Assembly: GCA_036835125.1 (NCBI GenBank)
Contig: DAITMO010000001.1
Coordinates: forward strand, 1 to 55,443
Source: Patescibacteria group bacterium
Lineage (GTDB): Bacteria > Patescibacteriota > Microgenomatia > UBA8517
Length of the DNA stretch: 55,443 bases
Direction: 5' to 3'
The notes beneath the pieces are model-generated. The model had not been told where the DNA came from, searched no databases, and saw nothing but the letters and a program-made list of their open reading frames with translations. The position numbers and the translations under genes are program-made. Positions within the stretch are counted from its first letter, which is position 1; every line of letters begins with the position of its first letter. Below are positions 18,922 to 27,849 of the stretch, one piece after another.

Positions 18922-19884
18922 TTATTGAGATTCTTCCAAATACTTTAATGCTTCCATCGCTGCAATACATCCCATACCTGAGGCTACAATTGCTTGTTTG
19001 AAATGTTTATCCATCACATCCCCTGCTGCAAATATTCCTTTGATGTTTGTTCCACAATGCCAATTTGTTTGATCAATATATCCTTTTTCATCTGTTTTTA
19101 TTACATCTTTGAATGCTTCACTTGATGGTTTATGCCCTATTGCAATAAATAGTCCATCAAAAGGAACTTCTGAAGTTTCACCTGTTTCATTGTTTTTTAA
19201 AGTTAAGCTCTCAAGTTTATTCTCTCCATTGGCGTAAGTTACTTCCGTATTCCACATAATTTTGATCTTGGGATTATCTTTTATCTTTTCCTGCATGGCA
19301 GCTGACGCTCTAAACTCATTTCTTCTATGAATTATAGTTACCTCAGAAGCATATTTGGTCAAAACATGTGCTTCTTCCATTGCACTGTCCCCCCCTCCAA
19401 CTACTGCAACTTTTTTATCCTTGAAGAATGGTGCATCACATGGTGCACAAGAAGAGATACCACGTCCTATTAGTTCTTTTACTCCAGGTGCATCAAGCCA
19501 AAGAGTTTGGGCACCTGTTGCAATTATTATAGATTTGGCTTTATAAATTTTGCCTCCTGCTTTAATTTCAAATGGAGATTTTGAAGAATCAATGCCTTCA
19601 ACCTTGGTGGGCACAAATTCTGCTCCAAAACGTTCTGCTTGAGACTTCATGTTGTTCATGAGGTCAGCTCCCAATATCCCTTCAGGAAAACCAGGAAAAT
19701 TATCAACAGTTGAAGTCAGCATGAGTTGCCCTCCCCAGGATTCTCCTCCAAAAATAATTGTTGAGGCAGCTCCTCTAGTTGTATAGACAGCTGCTGTAAA
19801 TCCTGAAGGACCGGAACCTATTATAGCAACATCCCATGGACCTTCTTCTTTCTCTGGTTTTGATGCAAAAATTTGTTTATCCAT
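18922..19884 (-). CDS. trxB: Thioredoxin reductase; likely start 19884
   Basis: IIGSGPSG, CAPCD redox motif, VVGGGDSAMEEA, FAAGDV. Confidence 0.95.
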   Translation of the reverse strand: MDKQIFASKPEKEEGPWDVAIIGSGPSGFTAAVYTTRGAASTIIFGGESWGGQLMLTSTVDNFPGFPEGILGADLMNNMKSQAERFGAEFVPTKVEGIDSSKSPFEIKAGGKIYKAKSIIIATGAQTLWLDAPGVKELIGRGISSCAPCDAPFFKDKKVAVVGGGDSAMEEAHVLTKYASEVTIIHRRNEFRASAAMQEKIKDNPKIKIMWNTEVTYANGENKLESLTLKNNETGETSEVPFDGLFIAIGHKPSSEAFKDVIKTDEKGYIDQTNWHCGTNIKGIFAAGDVMDKHFKQAIVASGMGCIAAMEALKYLEESQ

Positions 19885-19975
19885 ATTCTTTATAGAAACA
19901 GTCAATCGGTCATCAGTCTATCAAAAAAATAATAAACCGAAAACCGAATGACAGTTTGCTCTAACTAAAAGAGCA

Positions 19976-20266
19976 TTACACCGTTGGAGGTGTTGTGGCT
20001 GGAGGCATTTGTCCTCCACCCATATCTCCCTGGTCTGGTGTTGGTTCAACTGGTGCTACTGGTGCTTCAGGAGCTGGCATTGCCGGCTCTGGTGTAGCAA
20101 CTGGCTCTGGCATAACTGGTGCAACTGGCTCTGGTGTTACCGGAGGAGTTGGCATTGTTGGTTCAGCTGGTACTCCTGCATTAGGATCGGTAGCTGGTGC
20201 TCCCATTCCTGGATCAACAGCAGGCATAGGATTCATTGTTGGGTCTTGTGTTTGATTTGGATCCAT
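19976..20266 (-). CDS. Pro-rich low-complexity protein
   Basis: PEPVA/PAP repeats; start overlaps the trxA stop (TAATG coupling). Confidence 0.7.
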   Translation of the reverse strand: MDPNQTQDPTMNPMPAVDPGMGAPATDPNAGVPAEPTMPTPPVTPEPVAPVMPEPVATPEPAMPAPEAPVAPVEPTPDQGDMGGGQMPPATTPPTV

Positions 20267-20592
20267 TAAGATGTCACCCCCTTTTTAATTAACTCTTCAA
20301 AAGCTTCTTTTCCCGAAAAACCTGATACTCTACCAATTTCCACTCCACCTTTAAATAAAATGGTTGTGGGAATAGACATCACTCCTAATTTTTGTGCGTT
20401 TACCTGATTCTCATCAATATTAAGTTTCACCATTATTACTTTATCTTTATAACTTTCGGAAAGTTCTTCCAAGACAGGTCCGGCCATTTTGCATGGACCA
20501 CACCATGGAGCCCAGAAATCAACTAATACTGGAGTTGTGTTTTGAAGTACTTTAGTCTCAAAATCTTGATCTGTTATATCAAAAGTGGCCAT
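20266..20592 (-). CDS. trxA: Thioredoxin
   Basis: VDFWAPWCGPC, MSIPT. Confidence 0.97.
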   Translation of the reverse strand: MATFDITDQDFETKVLQNTTPVLVDFWAPWCGPCKMAGPVLEELSESYKDKVIMVKLNIDENQVNAQKLGVMSIPTTILFKGGVEIGRVSGFSGKEAFEELIKKGVTS

Positions 20593-20640
20593 TTTCGTTA
20601 TGAACCACTATACCTTTTCACGAGGATCTGCGTCAATAGT

Positions 20641-20913
20641 CTAATTGATTTGTATCTTCTCCCCTTTCACTAAAGCTCCTGCAACTTTCTTTCTGGCTGA
20701 AGATAGAATCCTTGCAAAAGTAGGTTGAGATATGCTCATTTTCTCTGCAGCTTCTTTCTGAGACAAATCATCCATATCATGGTATTTTAAGGCAGAAAAT
20801 TCATCCTTACCCAATAAAACGCCAGACAGACCCTTTATAGAGGGTTCATCTGGCTTAAAACAACTACAAATTGGTTTACAACACGATTTACGTGGTAATT
20901 TTGGCCTGCCCAT
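20641..20913 (-). CDS. DUF134 (UPF0251) HTH protein; likely start 20913
   Basis: MGRPKLPR, CC..CSCFKP, DEFSALK..D...LSQKEAAEKMSISQPTFARIL.SARKKVA.AL. Confidence 0.9.
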   Translation of the reverse strand: MGRPKLPRKSCCKPICSCFKPDEPSIKGLSGVLLGKDEFSALKYHDMDDLSQKEAAEKMSISQPTFARILSSARKKVAGALVKGEKIQIN

Positions 20914-20926
20914 ATATCTTTTATTT

Positions 20927-21010
20927 CTACTCACAACCGCACTTACAATCTTTACCACACTTGCACTCCCCACCGCAACAAGAACACATATTTTTCTTAT
21001 TTTTTTTCAT
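20927..21010 (-). CDS. Putative metallothionein-like microprotein (27 aa, 8 Cys; not in the ORF track)
   Basis: MKKNKKNMCSCCGGECKCGKDCKCGCE*; SD AAGGAGGTGA 7 nt before the ATG; promoter upstream. Confidence 0.75.
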   Translation of the reverse strand: MKKNKKNMCSCCGGECKCGKDCKCGCE

Positions 21011-21038
21011 TAATCTCTCACCTCCTTTCCCTACATTT

Positions 21039-21070
21039 ATGAATATATATTCATTATTCCCTTTTGTCAA
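21039..21070 (-). promoter_or_regulatory. Promoter TTGACA-17-TATATT overlapped by the perfect palindrome ATGAATATATATTCAT (operator 1)
   Basis: -35 at 21065-21070, -10 at 21042-21047, palindrome at 21039-21054 with TGAA-n6-TTCA core. Confidence 0.75.
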
Positions 21071-21091
21071 TGTCTTTGTTAAAATCATCTT

Positions 21092-22093
21092 GTGGACATA
21101 TTTATGGCCTTCATAACTGGTTTAACTACAGGGGGAATTTCTTGTTTTGCTGTACAAGGTAGTCTTCTTATGTCTTCAATTATAAGAGAGAAAAATGAGA
21201 ATAGCTCGAAAAGATTAGTGGTTAATAGTTTAGTTTTATTTCTTTTAGCAAAACTATTAGCTTACACAATACTTGGACTATTGCTCGGAATTCTTGGAAG
21301 CTTACTTACAATACCTCCTAAAATACAAGGGTTGTTTCAAATAATAATAGGAGTATATTTATTGATTGTTACTCTAAACCTTATCAACATTCACCCCTTT
21401 TTTAAGAAATTTGTTATTACTCCCCCAAAATTTGTTTTTAGAATTTTAAAAAACCAGTCAAAGGATAATTCTGTTTTTACTCCCATATTTCTTGGTCTTT
21501 TAACAATTCTAATCCCTTGTGGAATTACTCAAGGAATGATGCTATTGGCAGTTTCTGCCGCTTCCCCACTTACATCCCTACTTTTGATGTTTTCTTTTAC
21601 TTTAGGGACAATACCAATCTTTTTTCTAATTGGTCTTGCCACAACTGAACTTCTTAATAAGAAAGCTTTTACTTATATTGCTGCATTAGTAGTAGGAATA
21701 TTAGCCATAATTTCTATCAACAGTGGCCAGATCTTAAGAGGGTCAGCTCATACAATTCAAAATTATTGGAGAGTTGCCTTTGATTATAATAAAGCTTTAG
21801 AAAAAACTGCTCCAATCATTGACGGTTATCAAGAAGTTACTATTACGGTAAAGCCGCATGGATATGAGGCTTCGGCAAATATACTAAAGATTGATGTTCC
21901 TGTAAAACTTACATTGGTCACAAACTCAATTGCAAGTTGTTCTAGAGCATTCACAATACCCGATTACAAGATATCTAAAGTTCTACCTGTAACTGGTGTG
22001 GAAACAATTATTTTTACTCCTGAAAAACTAGGGAACATAACTTATACATGTAGCATGGGTATGTATTCAGGCTATTTTGATATTATCAACTAA
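21092..22093 (+). CDS. TauE/SafE (DsbD_2-like) membrane protein fused to a C-terminal cupredoxin-like domain
   Basis: GLTTGGISC.A..G, KLLAYTILG, LIPCG..Q, F.LGTIP; C-terminal SC..F.IP....YTCSMGMY. Confidence 0.85.
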   Translation: MDIFMAFITGLTTGGISCFAVQGSLLMSSIIREKNENSSKRLVVNSLVLFLLAKLLAYTILGLLLGILGSLLTIPPKIQGLFQIIIGVYLLIVTLNLINIHPFFKKFVITPPKFVFRILKNQSKDNSVFTPIFLGLLTILIPCGITQGMMLLAVSAASPLTSLLLMFSFTLGTIPIFFLIGLATTELLNKKAFTYIAALVVGILAIISINSGQILRGSAHTIQNYWRVAFDYNKALEKTAPIIDGYQEVTITVKPHGYEASANILKIDVPVKLTLVTNSIASCSRAFTIPDYKISKVLPVTGVETIIFTPEKLGNITYTCSMGMYSGYFDIIN

Positions 22094-22094
22094 T

Positions 22095-22301
22095 ATGACA
22101 AAGAATTATAAAATTAATGGCATTGATTGTCCAAATTGTGCCAAGATGATTGAGGTTGAACTTGAAGATTGTGGTATTAAATGTTCCTGTTCGTTTGAAA
22201 AAGAGATGCTTAAGGTTGAGGGTAGTCATAATATAAAAAAGATTAACAGTATTATTTCTAAACTGGGATGTAACATATCAATCCCTAAAGAAGTGATTTA
22301 A
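22095..22301 (+). CDS. Heavy-metal-associated (HMA) domain protein, copper-chaperone-like
   Basis: YKINGIDCPNCAKMIE. Confidence 0.8.
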   Translation: MTKNYKINGIDCPNCAKMIEVELEDCGIKCSCSFEKEMLKVEGSHNIKKINSIISKLGCNISIPKEVI

Positions 22302-22320
22302 TCTATATCAATTCTCTCTC

Positions 22321-22351
22321 TTTACAATATCTTATTTCGAATATATATTCA
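22321..22351 (+). promoter_or_regulatory. Promoter TTTACA-17-TATATT overlapped by operator 2 (GAATATATATTCA)
   Basis: Same 13-nt core as operator 1, in the same position over the -10 box. Confidence 0.7.
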
Positions 22352-22389
22352 TTATATATCAGTTTTCTTGACATGATAAAATAATAAGC

Positions 22390-22788
22390 ATGAATCATTT
22401 AAAGGGTAACAAATTTACAGTTATTACTTTATTAGCGACCATTATTATCATCATTGGTGGGGTTTTATTGTTTTCAAATAGCTCTAAAGATGCTTCTGAA
22501 CCAACCCCAAACATTCCTTCTGATTCATATGTTTATTTCTATGGTCAAGGTTGTACTCATTGCAAAAATGTAGAAGAATTTATGAATAGTTGGGAGAAAA
22601 AAGATTCAATCAATCTTACAAAATTGGAGGTTTGGTACAACAAAAATAATGCTAATATATTTGCGAGTGAAGCGGAAAAATGCGGGGTGTCTAAAAATGA
22701 TTTAGCAGTTCCCTTTTTGGTTACTCCCGATGGAAAATGTATGATGGGAGACACTCCGATTATTGATCATTTTAAAAATTTACAATGA
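22390..22788 (+). CDS. Membrane-anchored glutaredoxin/thioredoxin-like protein
   Basis: TM anchor, FYGQGCTHCKNV, cis-Pro motif AVPFL, second Cys pair. Confidence 0.8.
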   Translation: MNHLKGNKFTVITLLATIIIIIGGVLLFSNSSKDASEPTPNIPSDSYVYFYGQGCTHCKNVEEFMNSWEKKDSINLTKLEVWYNKNNANIFASEAEKCGVSKNDLAVPFLVTPDGKCMMGDTPIIDHFKNLQ

Positions 22789-23321
22789 ATATTTTTACAA
22801 AAAAAATTACAGTCTTTTTCTCAACTCTATTTTCATTATTCACTGTTTTTTACTTAGTATTTGCCAACAAAATTTCTGCCATGTGTCCTGTATGTACAAT
22901 TGCAGTTGGTGCAGGACTTGGACTTTCAAGATGGCTTGGAGTTGATGATGTAATCTCAGGTATATGGATAGGTGCGGTTTTACTATCTTCTGCGCTCTGG
23001 TTCTATAATTGGCTTGCGAAAAAATATTCTAAACTTGGTTCTAGGTATTTTCTTGCCCTTTCAATAATTGTAACTTTTGGTATTGTTCTCATTCCTCTAT
23101 TAAAGACAGGAGTAATTGGACACCCATTTAATACAATTCTTGGGATAGATAAGCTTGTTTTTGGAAATATATTAGGAGCTTTAACCTTTACTTTAAGCAT
23201 TTGGGCAGACAAAAAGGTGAGAAAAATAAAAGGTAAACAGCTTTTTCAATTTCAAAAAGTTGTTTTTCCTGTAGTTTTACTTATACTAGTTAGTGCTGTG
23301 ATGTTTTTCATAACTAAATAA
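22785..23321 (+). CDS. Hypothetical membrane protein with CPVC motif
   Basis: Signal-like N-terminus, ISAMCPVCTIAVGAGLGLSRWLGVDD, about 4 TM segments; ATGA coupling. Confidence 0.75.
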   Translation: MNIFTKKITVFFSTLFSLFTVFYLVFANKISAMCPVCTIAVGAGLGLSRWLGVDDVISGIWIGAVLLSSALWFYNWLAKKYSKLGSRYFLALSIIVTFGIVLIPLLKTGVIGHPFNTILGIDKLVFGNILGALTFTLSIWADKKVRKIKGKQLFQFQKVVFPVVLLILVSAVMFFITK

Positions 23322-23830
23322 TGGCCATAAAAACATACAAAGATTTATTAAAAAGAGTTGAGAACTTCAAGATTGAGCAAAGCTTGGATTTATCTTCTGG
23401 TGAAGATCTTTCGATTGGAATAATGAACTTAATTTCTATTGAAGAACATCTCTTCTATACATATGGAAAACTCAAAAAACATAAATATTTAGATCTTTTA
23501 AATGAAGTTAGGCTCATGAGAACTGAGCTTTTAAAGGGTATTATCAAAGACTATGAAGGAGAGGTTTGGTGTATAAGTAAACACCTCTTGGCGGCTAGTA
23601 TGAGAGTTATGGAGGTTGGAACAAAGGAACTTAAAAAAGGAAACAAGAAGAAAGCTGAAGAACTGTTCCAAAAATCATACAAACTATATACTCTATTTTG
23701 GGGTTTGAACCTTTCTGAACAATCAGAATCAGGCAAAAAAGTTGACACAACAAGCTTAAGAGGTGGATCAACTGTATTCTCAAAACTAAACAGTATCATT
23801 CAAAAATCGCTTGATTGCTGCAGAGAATAA
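23321..23830 (+). CDS. Hypothetical helical protein with His/Cys motifs
   Basis: IEEH, WCISKH, C-terminal DCCRE; TAATG coupling. Confidence 0.7.
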   Translation: MAIKTYKDLLKRVENFKIEQSLDLSSGEDLSIGIMNLISIEEHLFYTYGKLKKHKYLDLLNEVRLMRTELLKGIIKDYEGEVWCISKHLLAASMRVMEVGTKELKKGNKKKAEELFQKSYKLYTLFWGLNLSEQSESGKKVDTTSLRGGSTVFSKLNSIIQKSLDCCRE

Positions 23831-23833
23831 TAC

Positions 23834-24352
23834 ATGACCACGTTCTATATCTTCAGGCATGGAAACACAAAGAATACAGAAGGGGTAAATTCTATAATTA
23901 AGCGTTTTGTGAGTGTTGGAGGTGGATCTAGGGATTTGCCCATACTTCCCAAAAGTAGATATGCTCTAGAAAAGATGGGAGAATATCTAAAAAATATTCC
24001 AACAGATGCAAACTTCACTTCTCCATATTTAAGATGCAGGCAGTCTTCAGAAATTGTTGAAGAAAAAACAGGAAAGAAGTTTATCATCGATGAAAGGATT
24101 CGCGAGCTTAGAGATGATTTAAAAGGAGCCATAAAATTTGAAAAGAGAGTTAAAGATTTTTTAGAAGAAATTGAAAGAAAAGAATATAAGTCTGTTGCAA
24201 TATGTACACATGGAGCAGTAATTGCAGCAATTAAACATATTGTTCGTGAAGGAAGGTTTTTCTATTTTCAAGGAATTGATTTCCCCTCCCCTGGGAAACT
24301 GATGATATTAAAAGATAAGAAAGTGGAAATTTTAAATTTCAATAAAAAGTAA
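23834..24352 (+). CDS. Histidine phosphatase family protein
   Basis: IFRHG, TSPYLRCRQS, DERIRE, ICTHG. Confidence 0.88.
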   Translation: MTTFYIFRHGNTKNTEGVNSIIKRFVSVGGGSRDLPILPKSRYALEKMGEYLKNIPTDANFTSPYLRCRQSSEIVEEKTGKKFIIDERIRELRDDLKGAIKFEKRVKDFLEEIERKEYKSVAICTHGAVIAAIKHIVREGRFFYFQGIDFPSPGKLMILKDKKVEILNFNKK

Positions 24353-24361
24353 TTTTTTCCC

Positions 24362-24405
24362 AAAGAAAAAGACCACTCTTTTTTGTTGCTCATTTGAGTG
24401 GTCTT
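24362..24405 (-). terminator. Probable intrinsic terminator between convergent genes
   Basis: AAGACCACTC / GAGTGGTCTT inverted repeat followed on the minus strand by TTTTTCTTT. Confidence 0.55.
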
Positions 24406-24410
24406 CAAAC

Positions 24411-24767
24411 TTACTTTTTTTCCTTTTTCTTCCTGTACTGACGCCCAGCCATATAGCCATAGCAAGGAATCTCTTCCCAACCATTGTCTAGGAGCCAGAC
24501 CGCAATTGGATTTGCGAATTCGACAGCAAAACCATCATTTTGCAATCCACACATCCACAGAACCATTGTTGGTTCGTTTATGTATTTGAACCGATCAAGT
24601 CTGGGATTGGTTTTTAGCTCTGCAGGTGCAATAATGTCCTTGAACTTTTTCTCGACTTCGCAAACTTGAGCATACAGCTCCTTTTCAAGCTTTATCTTAC
24701 CCCGCCCTCGAATTTCGATTTTAACAGAGGTATTTAGCGCCTCTATATAAACCTGCAATTCTTCCAT
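24411..24767 (-). CDS. Hypothetical protein (118 aa)
   Basis: GGAGGAGG SD before the ATG; no motif. Confidence 0.6.
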   Translation of the reverse strand: MEELQVYIEALNTSVKIEIRGRGKIKLEKELYAQVCEVEKKFKDIIAPAELKTNPRLDRFKYINEPTMVLWMCGLQNDGFAVEFANPIAVWLLDNGWEEIPCYGYMAGRQYRKKKEKK

Positions 24768-24885
24768 TCCTCCTCCAAGTCTTTCTGAATATGATTTTAA
24801 ATTGTCAAAAAGAAAAATATATGCAAATGATATTTTTCTCAGCTAGGCTTGAATATTAACATGTATTAGTAGAAAAGCAAATAAA

Positions 24886-26154
24886 TTAAATTCTCCCTCG
24901 AAGCATCATTGCATCAATTATTCTTTTGAGACTTATGTAGTTAGCTGCACGTCTATATGAGATTCTTTTTTCTTTTTTGATTTTATCTATGTCTGTAAAT
25001 GCTTTTGTGATTAGTTTTTTAAGTTCATCATTTACTCGCACTGAAGGCCAATAATATCCATTTAAGTTTTGTACCCATTCAAAGTATGAAACTGTTACGC
25101 CTCCGGAATTACTTAAGATGTCAGGGATCACATCAATTCCCCTTTCATATAAGTAGTGATCGGCTTCAGTTGTGGTTGGCCCATTTGCCATTTCAATTAC
25201 AGTTTTTGCAGAAATTTTCTCCATATTATCCTTTGTTATGGCGTTTTCTAAAGCTGCTGGAACTAAAACATCAACTGAAAGTTCTAAAAGTTCTTCATTT
25301 GAAATAAGTTTCATTCCTCCTTTAACTGGATAATCTTTAAATGCTCCACCTTCATCTTTGTATTTGGCAAGTGTTTTTATATCAAATCCTTTCTCTGAGT
25401 AAATTCCGGAAGAAGAATCAGAAACTGCAACAACTTTAAATCCAAGTTCACTTGCTAATTTTGCAAAGTAATATCCAACATTTCCAAATCCTTGTACTGC
25501 AACTGTGGTTTTCTTTGGATCCATTTTCCTTAATTTTGTATATGCTTCCAAAACATATACTCCACCTTGTCCTGTTGCCTCAGTTCTACCAAGAGATCCA
25601 CCAAGTTCTATTGGTTTACCTGTAAATGTTCCTGGAGCTTGGTATCCAATTTTCTTTTCGTATTCTTCAAGCATATAGCTCATTATTTGTCCATCTGTAT
25701 TAACATCAGGTGCTGGAACGTCGCGCCAGGCGCCAATATAAGGAGCAATAAATCTTGCATATGCAACTGAAAGACTTTTTATTTCATCTTTTGTAAGTTT
25801 ACTTGGATCTACTGTTATTCCTCCTTTTGCCCCACCATATGGAATTCCGGCAACTGCACATTTAAGGCTCATTAGTGTTGCAAGAGCTTGAACTTCATCT
25901 AGACATACGTTTGGATGAAATCTAATTCCGCCTTTAAATGGACCTCTTGCGTCGTTGTGCTGTATTCTAAAGGCTTGAAAAGTCTTTTTCTTTCCTCCAT
26001 GACCGATTATTGAGATTTTTCCTTTAATTACTTTCTGGGGTTCTAATACTTTTTCTAATGCTTTTTTGAATCTTTTTGTGTCTGTATAGTCCTCAGATAG
26101 AAGTGTTGAAGTTTCTTTTATCTGATTAAGAGCAGCCGTTAACATTGCATTCAT
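24886..26154 (-). CDS. gdhA: Glu/Leu/Phe/Val dehydrogenase (glutamate dehydrogenase); likely start 26154
   Basis: GPFKGGIRFHP, GGAKGG, DVPAPDVNT, GRTEATG, QGFGNVG, EMANGP, SNSGGVTVSYFEW. Confidence 0.93.
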   Translation of the reverse strand: MNAMLTAALNQIKETSTLLSEDYTDTKRFKKALEKVLEPQKVIKGKISIIGHGGKKKTFQAFRIQHNDARGPFKGGIRFHPNVCLDEVQALATLMSLKCAVAGIPYGGAKGGITVDPSKLTKDEIKSLSVAYARFIAPYIGAWRDVPAPDVNTDGQIMSYMLEEYEKKIGYQAPGTFTGKPIELGGSLGRTEATGQGGVYVLEAYTKLRKMDPKKTTVAVQGFGNVGYYFAKLASELGFKVVAVSDSSSGIYSEKGFDIKTLAKYKDEGGAFKDYPVKGGMKLISNEELLELSVDVLVPAALENAITKDNMEKISAKTVIEMANGPTTTEADHYLYERGIDVIPDILSNSGGVTVSYFEWVQNLNGYYWPSVRVNDELKKLITKAFTDIDKIKKEKRISYRRAANYISLKRIIDAMMLRGRI

Positions 26155-26200
26155 AGAAGTGAATTTACAACAATATAAATGATTTGCCAACCCCCTATTT

Positions 26201-26734
26201 CTATATCAAAATCCCCATGAGAAGCGTTAGAAGCATTGTACTTAAAATATAAATCATTGAGTATTTTCTATCCATTTCTTTAGGGAAAAGGCTTCCCCAA
26301 TTGCCTAGGGTTTTTATATCTATGAAGTCAGCAAGCTGATCTACTGAAAGATGTATTAAAAATGCTAAAACTAGACCTTTTGCAAAAAGGGACGTTGAGG
26401 AAGATAAAACTAAAAATGCTAATACGAAAAATATTATTTGAAAAATAAAAGTGTGGAATACCAAACTTTTTCTTTCATATCTTGTTTCATAGAGAAGTGT
26501 AATTACTCTTTTTATATTTTTCCCTCTTAAGAGATGTCCCACTCTTTGTGCTGTTAATTCCTGTGGGTCAAGGAACAGTGCATAGATAATGTGGTCCAAA
26601 TCAGGCAATATTGTGCCTATTAGTCCCCCAACCCAAAATGGCCAATAACTAAATGTTAAATTGTTTCCTAATATTGTGAATAACACAAAGAAAGAAAACC
26701 AAAATGAAAAATGAATAAAAAATTCTCGTCGCAT
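26201..26734 (-). CDS. Membrane-bound metal-dependent hydrolase-like protein (YdjM-like)
   Basis: H, LPDLDH, FH and IH..D motifs within TM helices. Confidence 0.6.
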   Translation of the reverse strand: MRREFFIHFSFWFSFFVLFTILGNNLTFSYWPFWVGGLIGTILPDLDHIIYALFLDPQELTAQRVGHLLRGKNIKRVITLLYETRYERKSLVFHTFIFQIIFFVLAFLVLSSSTSLFAKGLVLAFLIHLSVDQLADFIDIKTLGNWGSLFPKEMDRKYSMIYILSTMLLTLLMGILI

Positions 26735-26762
26735 AGCAGTAACTTATTGTAACATGAAGAAA

Positions 26763-27080
26763 TTAGGATTCTGTTTTTTTATTATCGTTTTTCTTTGCTT
26801 CTTCTTTAAGTTGTTTTAACTTCCACATAAACAATCTTCCTTTTGAATATGCATTTGAGGCATCATTTACAAAACTACGGGCTTTTTCAAGAAGGATTCT
26901 TGGAGTCTCTTTGGCAAGTTTCATATAAAGAGATTTGTGAGGAAGATCGTTAAGCTCAACTGCAAGGTCATAGGCATACTTTTGAAATTCACGACTGACA
27001 TATTTGTCTTTATCTCCAAAAGTGCTTTTCTCTTCTACTTTGTATTTGTTAATAACGTCTCCAATTTTTTGCATAGACAT
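26763..27080 (-). CDS. Hypothetical protein; likely start 27080
   Basis: MSMQKIGDV...SREFQKYAYDLA..L.D..HKSLYMKLAK...LFMWK; TAAAAT just upstream. Confidence 0.6.
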   Translation of the reverse strand: MSMQKIGDVINKYKVEEKSTFGDKDKYVSREFQKYAYDLAVELNDLPHKSLYMKLAKETPRILLEKARSFVNDASNAYSKGRLFMWKLKQLKEEAKKNDNKKTES

Positions 27081-27117
27081 CTTGATTTTATCATTAAAAA
27101 ATAGTAAATTTGGCCAA

Positions 27118-27303
27118 ATGCCAGAACTTGATATAAAAGGTGATGCTATTTTTATTAATGATGGTAGAGGGAACCCTCCAAAAGAAATTCCCATTAATAG
27201 TCGTGACGGTAGAGTGGCTTTAAATGAACTTTCTGTAAGATTCAATATACCTTATGAGAAGATACAAGAATGGTTAGAAAATGAGTGTCCTATTGAGATT
27301 TAA
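27118..27303 (+). CDS. Hypothetical protein (61 aa)
   Basis: C-terminal part of ORF 27004-27303 from ATG 27118, filling the gap between neighbouring genes. Confidence 0.4.
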   Translation: MPELDIKGDAIFINDGRGNPPKEIPINSRDGRVALNELSVRFNIPYEKIQEWLENECPIEI

Positions 27304-27787
27304 ATTTTTTTAGTAATTCTTTTGCAATTTTTTCTATAGTTTTATTTAACATTTCTTTTTCTTCCTTGTTGTAACTTTGAAGTACATATTCTTCCCCCAT
27401 TACTCTATTATCCATCGGTCTATTGTCAACTCCTACTCTCACATGCCAATATTGGTTTGAACCCAAAGCTTCATCAATTGATTTAAGACCGTTATGGTCT
27501 TTTGGTCCTTTTCCAAATTGAATTTTAGGTCCCCTTCCAAGCTTTATATCCAAATCATCATGAATTACAAAGAGATCTTGAGGGTTTATGTTGTATTTTT
27601 TAACCAAGTTTAAAACAAACTCTCCAGAGTTATTCATAAACTCGTCTGATTCTTTTAAAACAACATTTTTTGGAAATTTACCTTTATCTTGAAGCCCTTT
27701 GAGTTTTTTAATAGCAACAATTCCTGCATTATGCCAGGTGTCTAAATATTCCAAACCGGGGTTACCAATACCAACAATGAGTTTCAT
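27290..27787 (-). CDS. pth: Peptidyl-tRNA hydrolase
   Basis: LIVGIGNPG..Y..T.HNAG, FMNNSG, IHDDLD, HNGLKS, RVGV, YVL. Confidence 0.93.
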   Translation of the reverse strand: MKLIVGIGNPGLEYLDTWHNAGIVAIKKLKGLQDKGKFPKNVVLKESDEFMNNSGEFVLNLVKKYNINPQDLFVIHDDLDIKLGRGPKIQFGKGPKDHNGLKSIDEALGSNQYWHVRVGVDNRPMDNRVMGEEYVLQSYNKEEKEMLNKTIEKIAKELLKKFKSQ

Positions 27788-27849
27788 ACGACTATTCTAC
27801 CCCAACTGGGGTTGTTTATGAAATTTAACACGAGCGAACTCGTGATTCT

